Shown piece by piece: positions 35,000-47,700 of a stretch of DNA of 64,000 bases. The stretch is from Pocillopora damicornis (Eukaryota), in NCBI RefSeq assembly GCF_003704095.1, contig NW_020844755.1, forward strand, positions 124,001-188,000. Reading direction: 5' to 3'. Numbering within the stretch: the first letter of the stretch is position 1; each line of letters opens with the position of its first letter. Made by a program: the position numbers and the translations under genes. A model generated the notes under the pieces. The model worked only from the letters and a program-made list of their open reading frames with translations, was not told the origin of the DNA and made no database searches.

Positions 35000-35785
35000 A
35001 TACTAGTAAGAAATTCAGCGTACGCACTTAAAACAATTTTACTTGTAGTCGCCGATGAAGCATTCGAATTTTCGACTCCTTGCATAGACAAATCAGCAAA
35101 AAGAACAGCATACGCCAGCAGCTAATTTCTCTGCGCGTCTCATAAGAGTTCTTTTAATAGTCACGCTTGAAATTTTTTCATCAGTACGAGAAATATGATG
35201 CGCTGAATAAGAAAACCCTTCCAAAGACTAACAAATGAATGATTAACAAGCAAATTATAGCGTTTCACAGATTTCACGACAAAAAAGAGAAAACCTTCCT
35301 TAAATTGAACTTCAGTAAATTCGGTACGTTGGAGAAAGTTTCGAAGAAATCACAGCCTAATTAAGCGACACCTTGTGATAGAGTCTCTCTGTTGAGAATG
35401 ATCCGTTGACCTCTCCACTTAAGTCTGGAGACATGTGTGTGGACGGGGTCTAATTATAAACCAGAATCTAAAGGGAGAACCATTGGAACCAGGGTGGAGG
35501 GAAATCTTCGACAAACGGAAACAGTCACGCCTCAAGATGTCTCTCGGGAGGGTGCTGTCACGGTGGTTTAATCTTTTGTTTATTAGTATTGTTACCATTA
35601 TTCTTATTATTTCCTCCATTTCAACAATCACAACCTTTGAATAATTACAACAAGATAAAGAAAATGGCGAAGGACATAATATAGCAAGCTAATCAGGTAT
35701 TCCCCTAGTCTCTAGTCTTGCACCCAGACCTCTCACGGCTACGAGGTTGTAAGCTCTCCAACACTTGGGGCCCTACATTGAACGG

Positions 35786-38700
35786 TTACATCCTGAAAAT
35801 AGAAAGAATAGAAAAGATATTCGTCGATAAGTTAAAATTCTTAACTTTAATTTATCCAACAAACAAACGCATAGTGAAAATAATTTTGGAATGATTTTAT
35901 ATGTTAGAGGAGTTAAGAAAAAGAGAACGAAATTTAGAGGTAAGAGGCTATAAGGAGGTCCGTACTATAAGTCAAAGACTGAGTTTTTTTCTACTCTGAT
36001 TTATGGTGCGAACTGCGCGGGCCTCAATGCCGAGCGCAAAAAAAAAAAAAAACAAGCTCCCTAATTTATAGTATGGACAGAGAGAATGAAGTCAGTAAGA
36101 CATTAATTATAAAGAAGGGGAAATTATTTTTTATTCCAACGATCGACCGTTTCTTATCGTTTCTGCTCAGATGATTGGTCGATAAATATTTACTTCTTAA
36201 TTTTAACAAAAAGGGATTTATTTACTTATTTGGTTCAGTTCTGAACGAGAAAAAATTGAGAAAGATAGTCCACCATACGGGTCTTAAGAAAATGTGGATT
36301 TACCTTTGAGACAAATCGGCCATTTCTAATAGTGTTCTCTAAACTTTCCCGAACTAAATCTCAGAAGTACACGTGATTAGTTATCTGTTCGAAGCTGATA
36401 AATGCAATGAATAACCGCAGGAAAGAATTTCGAAAAGCTCACGTTATTCTTCCATGCAGAGCAAAGTAGAGAACTGTGGGTCGGGTACGTACGTTTATAT
36501 CTGTTGATATTGTGGAACTGCACCATCGGAGCAAGCAGAAATAAATAAATTAAAAGTTAAGATGACAAGTATTCGTTAAATTCACCGGAGCAAAGTCGAT
36601 AAGTAATATAAAAGTTTGTTTAGGTTCTCTAAGCGGAGGGAAGATCGGCAATCAGAATGCACAATGCAATACATTGCATTGAAACGCATCTTAGTTCTAT
36701 GTACTTACTTTAATTGATAAACATAATTAGTCAGAACACCGCCAATACCATCTTTACAATTGCTATCTTCCGCTACTTCGTAGGTATTGTAAGCCTCCCC
36801 TAATGTTTTGTCCGTCCAGCACTCGCCATTGTTTTGCAAAGCAAAGTATTCGATCATCTTGTCACGTGCGACGTATGCACATTGCAGGATTGTATACCCG
36901 GGATCGTCATCATTTCGTTGAGCCACGAAGGTCGCAAATTTATCTTTGAGAAGCCTCTTAGAGCCTTTGTTCTCCTTGAAACAGCCAATTGCATTAGGCG
37001 TTGGCTTTGACTCTGGAAAAAAAAAATGGGAAGTTGATAGTCTCTGTTGTGCCAGTTTTCATTCGTCATTAACTAAGGAGCATTTCAGCTTAAGAAGTGT
37101 TCTAGAGGAAAGTGATTTTAGAGGGCAGGCCGCTATCATCCTAGCTGCAATTCACCACTTTTATAATTTTAATTTTTGTCATCTTAACAACATAATATAT
37201 AGATTTAGCCAAGCCTAAAAGCGGAGCTTGCATTTTTTGCCAGGTACTCTTTTATAATTATGGGGCTACGCTCTGTGAGCTCCGCTATTACAACTGGACC
37301 AGACTTGCGTCTCCTTCAACCTTTCCCGACGGTAACCCAGAGCCAATGTTATAGCCAAGTAATACCGAGGGTCAATGAAGAAACATATGTCACAAGCTAG
37401 CTACTCAGATTGTTGTGTTATTCATTCGCTTTCACTTTAAACTCACCAAATGTATACACTTGGATGGAAAATTTTATTCCTATACCATTCTTGCAATCTT
37501 TGGCAGCAGCGGGCCCTTTCGCGTAGTAATTGTTTTTAGCAGTGCTACTGGACAAGCACTTTCCCTTATCGCCCAGTGCGAAATGGCTGTAACCTTTATC
37601 AAATGCAAGCTCTGCACACTCCAGAATGTAACTATTGAAGTTTGCTGGATCATAGTCTTTGTTAGGATATGCAAGAACTTCTTTAAAACCAGTCTTCGGT
37701 ATCTTGAAACAGCCAATATTATTGAAAGATGGTACTAGGATAAAAACAAAACGAACGTGAAGCGAAAAGGCTGTTCTTTTTTACATATGTTCACTAAAAC
37801 AGATTTAAATTACTCAACAAGTCGCTAAATTGTATGTTATGTTTGAGAGACTTAGGGCGAGGTGGCTAGCTTTATAGCTTTAAGACATTTTAATTTTCTC
37901 TCACTGATAACTTCTAAACTGTGCTCACCACTAACTAATTTAACTAGCTGCACATTTAACAGTTCCTTTTTTGCCTTTTAAGTCAAAGTATTTAATGTCA
38001 AAGTACGATTTTTCAGGACTGGAATGGAGTATTGGAAAAGTGATGGGGGGAGGGGTGGAGAATTGGGGATTTTGGAGATGCAGAAAAAAATATGGCTTGT
38101 ATTTCTAAGGAGGAAAACCGCTTTTTTTCTCTTTATGCACCTTTTTTGTTGTCTTTTTTCCCCATTTTTCTAGTAGTCTGTCCCTCGTATTTTCTCAGAT
38201 CTTTCAGCGAACGCTCTCTAGACAGGTTGACATCGTTGGAGAATTTTTACCTTACAGTATAGATCTATGTAGTATGAACTGCCCTTTTTTCTACCATGTA
38301 CAGAGAAAGACGTCAAATGGATAAATGCTTTATTACATACACTTTTCAAGTATTTTGTTTCGATCACTAACCTTGACAATTGACTCCACTAAAGTCGCCT
38401 GTGCAATCACAGTGGTATTCTGTGATGTCTTCTTTATCGTTACGGCAAGCTGCTCCATTTACACATGGATCGCTATCACACGGATAGGACTGAACTGAAA
38501 TCATCAAAACATAGCAACATGTTGGAATCTCTCGTAGCTTAAACCCCTTGAATAATGCTCGGTGAACCGATCACAATGAAAAGTCTCTTCTTTGATTGAC
38601 ACTAACCTTCACAATTCTTCCCACTGAACATTTGCTGACATTCACACGAGTACTGCATAGGATCATCTTTTTCCACCACACAAAATCCATTGTTCTGACA

Positions 38701-41700
38701 AGGATCATCATCACAACCAGTTGGATATGAATACGAGGCTNNNNNNNNNNNNNNNNNNNNNNNNNNNNNNNNNNNNNNNNNNNNNNNNNNNNNNNNNNNN
38801 NNNNNNNNNNNNNNNNNNNNNNNNNNNNNNNNNNNNNNNNAGGCGGATATACAGACCGTCAGACAGAAGATCAAAATTAACGAATAAAAGATAGTCAAAT
38901 CAAAAGAAAATTAAAAAAGACAGGTACTGATGAGGTTTCATCCACCTAAGTATTTAGTACAAGCACCAGAACCAAATAAGCCTTTGCTTGAACGATAAGA
39001 CTCAAGGAAAGCTTTCTGTCTCGTTTTCCAAACTTACATGTAATGAAAACTTATTCGTGGGTGTTTGGCTGCATAGTAAGAACCGTCCATAAATTAGACT
39101 CATGTAACACAAGAAGGAAACAGCGTGGCTGCAAAGTATTTTCAAAGGCACCTTTGATTACGGCCCACATTCGATTTCAACTCACCAAATGTATAAACAT
39201 CAACTGTAGATTTACTTCCTATGCCGTCTTTACAATCCTTGGGACTAGTGCCTCCTTTCAAGTGGTATTCGTTGTTAGCAGTTGCACTGGATAAACAGCT
39301 TCCTTTGTCACCCAAGGCAAAGTATTTGTAACCTTTCTGGGATGCCAACTCGCTACATTCTTTGACATAAGCTTTTGATTTCGCTTTTGCTGGATCAAAG
39401 TCCTTGAAATGACTCGCAAGTACTTTCTTCAAACCAGAATTTGGTTTCTTAAAACAACCAACTTCAATGAATGATGACACTAGAATTCAAAAGGAAAGTG
39501 CACGTATTAACATTGACAGGCGGCTATGCTCATCTCCTCTGGTCAAATGGCGCGACTGTCTAATCACAATGAGCTTAACATTTTACAGTTCGTTATCGTC
39601 CACAAAANNNNNNNNNNNNNNNNNNNNNNNNNNNNNNNNNNNNNNNNNNNNNNNNNNNNNNNNNNNNNNNNNNNNNNNNNNNNNNNNNNNNNNNNNNNNN
39701 NNNNNNNNNNNNNNNNNNNNNNNNNNNNNNNNNNNNNNNNNNNNNNNNNNNNNNNNNNNNNNNNNNNNNNNNNNNNNNNNNNNNNNNNNNNNNNNNNNNN
39801 NNNNNNNNNNNNNNNNNNNNNNNNNNNNNNNNNNNNNNNNNNNNNNNNNNNNNNNNNNNNNNNNNNNNNNNNNNNNNNNNNNNNNNNNNNNNNNNNNNNN
39901 NNNNNNNNNNNNNNNNNNNNNNNNNNNNNNNNNNNNNNNNNNNNNNNNNNNNNNNNNNNNNNNNNNNNNNNNNNNNNNNNNNNNNNNNNNNNNNNNNNNN
40001 NNNNNNNNNNNNNNNNNNNNNNNNNNNNNNNNNNGAGAGTAACCTTCACAATTCTTCCCACTGAACATTTGCTGACATTCACACGAGTACTGTTTAGGAT
40101 CATCCTCGTCCACCACACAAAACCCAGTGTTCTGACAAGGATCATCATCACAACCAGTTGGATATGAATACGAGGCTTGAATACGATACACAAAGTTTGC
40201 CATCTCTTTGCCAACTCCACCTGCACAATTGTCGGACCTTCCGTACTTGTTATATATGTTAGCGATGTCTTTACTAGTCCAACATTGGACTTGATCCAGC
40301 ACAGCGAAATACTGATAACCCATGTCTCGAGCTAGAGTAGAGCAGTAAACAACAGTGGCCTTTGGATCCGAGTTACTAGGGAGGCTGGCAAAATTATCAG
40401 TAAGCAACTTCTCTGTCTTCTCTTTTTCCACAAAACAGCCTTGTGGAACAGATTTAGGGGCCTGATCTGGTTAAAGAGAAAATAGTTTTGACGATTAGAA
40501 TCACGTTTGTGTCATCGAAAGGGACATATTTGAAGGTAGAGTAGTCTTCTTAGCAACGTAACCTCAGTTTGCAAATAAAATTTTGCACAAGTATTTCGGT
40601 CTCTCGAAATACTAAAGAGGTTCTTTGAAAAAAAAAATAGAATTTTTATTTGAATAAAAAAGATTGAAATTACAAGATTTTGTCTTTCAAAACTCCTTCA
40701 TATTTTATTTACGTTTTCAAAGGTGATATTTTGTGTACCAGTCATCAATGGACTGATTGTTGAGGACGTAGAAAGGGTGGGAAGAGCCTCCACAGTCGTT
40801 ATCATTCTTGCACTGTGGCTGTAGTTTGTGTTTGCGTCCTACTCACCAAAGGTATACACGTCGACTGCCATTTTACTCCCTATGCCATCCTTACAGCTAC
40901 TAGGACTGGTTCCTCCTTTTTCAAAGTATTCTTTATCGGCGGTTTTACTCGAAAGGCAGTTTCCTTGATTGCCCAGTGCAAAATGGCTGTAACCTTTGTC
41001 GAATGCCAGTTCGGCGCATTCATATATGTAAGTTTTTACTTTCTTTGAATCAAATCCCTTCGGAGATGTAAGTACCTCCTTAAGACCGGACTTTGGTGCT
41101 TTGAAACAGCCAATTTCAGCAAAAGAAGGAACTAAGAATTACAAAAACCAACAATCTATCAATATCGGAATACGTATGTGCAAATTAATGTTGAAGCAAA
41201 AAGAATAAAGACAGCGGGAACTGACTTTTCTCTCTTTCAAGATCTATAATTGCAGTCCATCTCACACAACAATGTGGACGTCATATCTACTTACATAGAT
41301 ACTAACATGCAAACACTTTATTGAGCATCCCTGATGAGGTTTTTTTTCGATGATACGTCCAAAATTATTCATTTACGTTCAGAAAGCCTCATGGAATACC
41401 TCTGTAATTAATTGCAAGTTATTCGAATCACTTGTCCTATTACCTTGACAATTGACTCCACTAAAGTCGTCCGTACAATCGCAGTGGTATTTTGTGATAT
41501 CTTTTTCGTCGTTGCGGCAAGCTGCCCCGTTCTTACAAGGTTGGCTATCACATGCATAAGACCGCACTAGGAAATAATTTAAAATTAGTAAAGATGAAAA
41601 CTTTCCAATAGAAGTTTGTACATAAACATAGTTAATAACTGATAGTAGATCAACCATATCTCGTTTAAATCACACCAACCTTCGCAGTTCTTTCCACTGA

Positions 41701-44700
41701 ACATTTCCTTACATTCACATGAGTACTGCATAGGATCATTGTTGTCCACCACACAAAACCCATCGTTTTGACAAGGATCATCATCACAACCAGTTGGATA
41801 TGAATACGAGGGTTGAATACGATACACAAAGTTTGCCATCTCTTTGCCAACTCCACCTGCACAATTGTCGGACTTTCCGTACTTGCTGTATGTATTAGCG
41901 ATGTCTTTACTGGTCCAGCATTGTACCTCGTTTTGTACAGCGAAGTACTCGTAGCCCATGTCTCGAGCCAGAGTAGAACAGTACAAAATAGTGGCTTTGG
42001 GGTCAGAGTTACTTGAGAAGCTGGCGTAATTGTCAGTCAGTAACTTCTCTGATTTCCCTTTTTCTATGAAGCATCCCTCAGGGACAGATTTCGGTAAAGG
42101 TTCTGAGAATGAAATCGATACAATTGTTCATTGGAATCATATTCCTTTTTCAGAGTAGACGTTAAAAATTTGTCGAACATGTGCAAATCCTTTCGTTGTG
42201 AAGCGACACGGGATGGCTAACGAATATCACTTTTACTTCCAATGATTACCGCAGAACACATCCACCGCGATAGGTTTGAGCGTCCATTATTTCGATTCCG
42301 TCGTAGTCTTCTCTATTCTTAACCTCTGTACATAATTTTAGTCCATTCTAGCCCTTCCAGTTTGTCAGTACCTCCAAAAATTTGGGAAAGATTTCAGCTT
42401 TTTTCAAAAAGCAGGTTTTAGTCAAATAAACCGACTCAAATTGTTTGAGTTGTATCGAATGTCTATTAAAGTTAGAATCTTCGAATCTCTTCGAATTTTA
42501 CTCACCAAAAGTATATACATGGACTGAAGATTTGCTTCCAATGTCATCCTTACAGTCACTGGCTTTGGTACCCCCTTTCTGGAAGTATTCGTTCTGAGCA
42601 GTTCCACTCGACAAACAAATTGCACGATCTCCGAGGGCAAAGTGACTGTAACCTTTGTCAAATGCAAGTTCGCCACACTCATAAATATACGATTTAATTT
42701 TTTCTGGATCGAAGTCTTGGTTGTGATTTGCCAGTACGCTTTTTAGACCAGTTTTCGGCGTCTTGAAACAACCAATCTCAGAGAAAGGAGAAGCTACGAA
42801 AATAATTAAATGCACGAGCGAATAAATGAATTTAAAAATAAAGGAAAACATAGATCGATAAATTAAACGACAAGAAGATACCAATCTCTACTATATAAAA
42901 TCGTCACACTGGTAAAAAGTTATAAAAACATCACGATAGCTTAGCGAAACAGTGTTTACATTGAATGATTTATTCTGCGACTGAAACAGGCAGACTCGCA
43001 GAAAAAGAATTCCGAGTGCTCGTACCGAAGACCTTCCGATTAGCACTTCGGATGCTCCTTCACTGAGCTATAGGAGAGTGGCAGACTAGGCCGTTTAACG
43101 AGGTCCAGAGTGACAAACCTCTTGTATACTGCTGGGATAGGAATGTTGAATGTGATGCATTTGCGCAATAATGCAAATGAAGGTGGTAAATATTAAGCCT
43201 GGTGATGTAAACCAAAGATGTTGTATTCAGCGAATGACACAGACATACTCGAAGAAAAGAACTACGAGTGCTCCTAATAAGATTGTTTACATTCTGCCAC
43301 TCTGTCGCCTGGAAATCTTCTAAGATCTTACGCGTATATGTAGATTAGCGGTCCCGAAGCCCTCTAGAAGCATGTGAGATAAAGATTTGCAGGAATCCGC
43401 TCAATCGAGAGGATGGCTTAGATTTGCCACACGAGTATATGACTTTGGCACCAGAGGAAAAGACTTAATTAATAACAACTGTTCAAATTTTACATTTCTC
43501 TCTATATTTTGTGCTTTTTAAATTCCTCTTTTTCACTTTCCCCTGATGAGGGCTGGAGTTTCTTAGCCGAAGCGTTGGGATTCTAAAATCATTTTTTTAA
43601 TACTTTTAGAAATTTTTACTCGTATAACGATTTAATATAGTTATGAAGCCACATGATCATAACTCTATTTTTAATATCAATTTTTTTTCATTTATTTTTA
43701 TCTTCATTATTTTCCTATACTAAAATGAAAGGTATGATGATCATTCTAAAACCAGCTCTGACTCAAACAATCTCTACTCTGTAACCCATGACATAATTTT
43801 CTTCCACCCGGGGTGTCAGGTTTTTTGTTTTCTCCGACGACGCTAGAAAGGGTTGTGAAATATGTGTACACTTTTTCCCTAGCCTTTAAGCAGGTCCTCA
43901 CTAATTACTACCGCTTCGGCAAGAGGGTTTCTTCGCCCAGGAAGACATGAACCTGCAACTCGAGCCGCTGAGAATCTCAAGAGGTCAGGCAATGATAACT
44001 TGTGTCGGCACCCCTGCAAGCCTCTCTCTGATTAGTCTCGAATGTTACGGCGGGCGGAGAAACGCGCGTTCTTCGAGGCTGATGAGAGCTTTCTCGCATG
44101 TTTATTTTTCCCTAACCGAGAATGACGCCGACGATTGAGGTTACAGGACTATCAATTAACAGAATCGTACAAGCAAACATAATTTTAGTGACGAATGCCA
44201 ACTTTACAACCTTTTTTTCACAAAACGTCTAAGAGTTGAGATTATAACTTCGCGAGAACTAACTGCTCACCCTTCCAAATCTCTAAAATGGATGGAACGG
44301 CTTAAATACGCAAAAAACCGCTCAGCGTGTTACGTATGCTAAGACGTGGACATTTTTATTACCTTGACATTTTTTCCCAAAGAAACCAGACAGGCAGTCA
44401 CAGTGGTATTCGGATATGTCTGTCTCATCATTCCTACAGGCTGCTCCATTTAGGCAGGGCTTGGAGTCACATGGAAATATTTGAACTGAAAGGAAAATGT
44501 GCTGTTATAGTTATGCTGAGGTTTCTGTTAGTATAAAGGAAGTAAGTTTGTTAATAAATTGTGGTGCTGTGGGTAGGGTGTATCACAAAATAACTTGGTT
44601 TCATCAACTGACTTGATAATGACCGCAAAGAGTTTCGGAGGCTAACGTTTCGAGCGTTAGCCTTACGGCAGAGCGAATTGCGAATGCTCGAGCCGTCAGC

Positions 44701-47700
44701 TTAAGAAAGTAGCAAATTTGCCTTGCCAACCAAGTTGATAAAGCCAAATTATATTTGTTGATATACATTAATTCTGGCCGGTAAAAATTTGCAAAGTGCC
44801 TTGATCTCTCAGTTAACGTTTATTCATTTCAAAATCTCTCGGTAACTATCAACGCTCTAATCATGCGTCAGCTACGAAGGAATAGAGGATTGATGAAGTT
44901 ACTTTTTTTTTTGTTTCCTTGATGTTGCTAGCTTTTTAAAGTACATCTGACTACAATACACCAGAACTACATTCAGTTACAATCTTTCTCTTTACAGTTT
45001 GATGTCATATTCTTTCTTGGGGTCAATCCCTTGGAGGAGGGAGACAGACTAAATGAAACTAAGACAGTTTAAACAAGCCTTCCCACTTACCTTCGCAGTT
45101 GGTACCCTTGAACCAATCCCCACACTGACATTCATATACATCAGGTGTCTTCGAATCACTATTACAGTATCCACCATTTTGACACGGGTCACTGTCACAG
45201 GAGGTCAGTTGCACTGTTGAATCAAGCATATGACATCAGGGGAACTAAGTACTCCTTAGGTTCAACCCATATGCGGATAGATGCCCTGAGGGCAAAATCT
45301 GAGCGATAATGACTAATGAGTCTAGCTATGGCTTGGAATTAGATGGTGACCACATTCCCGGGTTTGACATATATAATTAAAGGGGTAAGTTGCTTAAGAA
45401 ACTGGGATTCTTCGTTGGTGGGGAGTATAACAAGATAATTTGGCGCTGAGGCTCTAAACGACAGCATTACAACCTTTTTAACTCACTTCAAGCTTTTATC
45501 AACTTAAAGCTTAACTTTCCTCGGTAAATGTGTAACCATTTCACTCCCAAGACAGGAAAGGAAATTCCCCCATGTAATTACCATGGAATAACGTTATCTC
45601 CTGGTTCATACCTTCTTTTGATTGGCACCTAAGGATATTGTAGACTGAATCTTATATATATTTTTCCCTTGGGTTCTATCACCTACGTAAAGAGAACTGG
45701 ATGGCCAGCATAGCTATATACTAACTTTACATGTGACACGCGTTCCTTTTATCACTGCTAGGACATGCGAGCGCCTTGTGTGGCGAACGTAAAAATAAGG
45801 AGAGCGCATAGCACGCAAGGTGGTTAATGAGGACATTACTCAATTAAAATGCTTGACGAATAAAAAATATCCTCAAACCTTCACAATTTTGGCCAGTAAA
45901 CCAGGTTGGGCATTGACAATGATGTAATGAGATGTCATCCGGGTCATTGGTGCAGGTAGCTCCATTTTTGCACGGCTTTAAGTCGCAAGGATATATTTGC
46001 TCTAAAAAAGGAAACGAGTGAAAGTATAATCAATAGTCGTTTACAGTATACCTGTAAGCAGTATACAATATATACCTACAGTATACCTAATCGGTTATAC
46101 CTAATCATTTTTTTTCTCTTTAATTATATTCTGGACGTTGGAAAAATCCCTAAACAGTGGAAAAAGGGCGAAATAACTCCAGTGTATAAGAAAGACTGCA
46201 GCCTGTCCAAGGATAATTACAGACCTCTCACCATTCTTCCATCTTTGTCAAAAGTCTTTGAAACGCTCGTTCATTCAAGAGTCAGTCCCCGGTTCAGAAA
46301 TATTCTCCACAAGTTCGTGTTCGCTTATAGAAAGCATCACGGTTGAATTTAGTATTTATTTAGATATAAGATATACTTATTAAGATTTTATTGCTATAAT
46401 TTTAAATTATAGAATATTCCATATCTAGTTTTTTTTTGTTTTTTTTTCAACTCTTAACTTTATTGTGTTTGTGGAATAAATGTAAATTAGCTGGCGTGCT
46501 TTCACAGACCCCGATTTCGGTTCCGTCTGTGAAAGCACACCATTATTGTAGCTAAGTGTATTTTCACAATAAACTCTTATTGTATTGTATCATTGTATTG
46601 TAATGTATTTTCTTTTGAATCGACTGGTCACTCGGATCATGATTTGAGAAAAATAAGAGTATTTAATTGGTTCTTGCATCGTGGTCTATTGGTTCATAGA
46701 CCTCAACCATGGATACCTTGTTTCTATTGGAGGAAAATATTTTTTCCGTCTAAAACTGCGCTTGTTCAATTTTATTTCAACTTTTGTGATTTCAGGGACT
46801 AATTCGACAATTTTTCTTCTTTGTCTGACAACAACAGTCAACGGCGCTACACCACTTGACAAGTTGTTGATAGAAAATTGTTTTTGGTTGGCAGAGTACC
46901 TATTTGTTTCTTACCTATGGCATGCAATTGTCTCAAGATCCATTACGAAACTTACTTTCACAGTGTGTTCCTTCAAACCAGTCTTCGCAGAAGCATTGGT
47001 ACCAGGCTGGGTCTGTTTTCTTACTCAGACAATATCCTCTGTTGTTGCACGGTTCCTCATCGCATTTGTTGGTAGTTACTGTGGATTAAAAGGAATGGTA
47101 ACTGTTAGTTGCCCAAAAGCGAGAAAATTTCTTGAATAGCAAATCTTTAATCTGACATATCAAGGTGAATATATAATATATAGGTTGCATGATTGCGAAA
47201 TCATATCTACACCAGAAAATTGGGTCCCAATTTTTTCTTAATCTCCCTTTCGAAATTTCCCCCAAAGAGACATATTAAGGAAATGTTAGTCAAGTAAACT
47301 GTCAAGGTAAACCTGCCCATGGGAATGTCACTGAACTCACCTTCACAAAACTTCCCAGTGAACCACGGTGGACATTTACATGTGAAGTTTGAGGGATCAC
47401 TAAGACCGTCTATGCAAGTAGCATGGCTGCGGCATGGATGGCTATTACATGGAAAGATTTTTTCTGAAAGGAAGAAACCATTATTGATGAAACTATCATA
47501 AACCTTCACATGGACACATTTATCAAGATAAGTTATTCACTTTTTTCCATGAGGCTGTCATGAATGTAAAATTTTTAGAGCCTTTCTGCTACCAAAATTG
47601 TCCATTTCACTTTCCGAGAGGCCTAACTCGATTTTTCGTTTCAAGTCGCGCAACATCATCTTTTCTCAGGTCGTTTTAAGTTGTCATCTTTCCTGTAGAG

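Noticed and set aside
35048-35076. gtcg-CCGATGAAG..CGAAT..cgac hammerhead-like string
   Set aside because: Both core halves are mutated and stem II is essentially absent.
38925-38960. CTGATGA with a short stem resembling a hammerhead
   Set aside because: It lacks the GAAA core (reads TAAG); too degenerate.
39467-40226. Long ORFs with X runs
   Set aside because: Artefacts of translating through N gaps.
37447-42793. Periodic repeats suggesting a CRISPR-like array or separate tandem genes
   Set aside because: The repeats are spliceable coding exons with no individual start codons or signal peptides, in a eukaryotic context.
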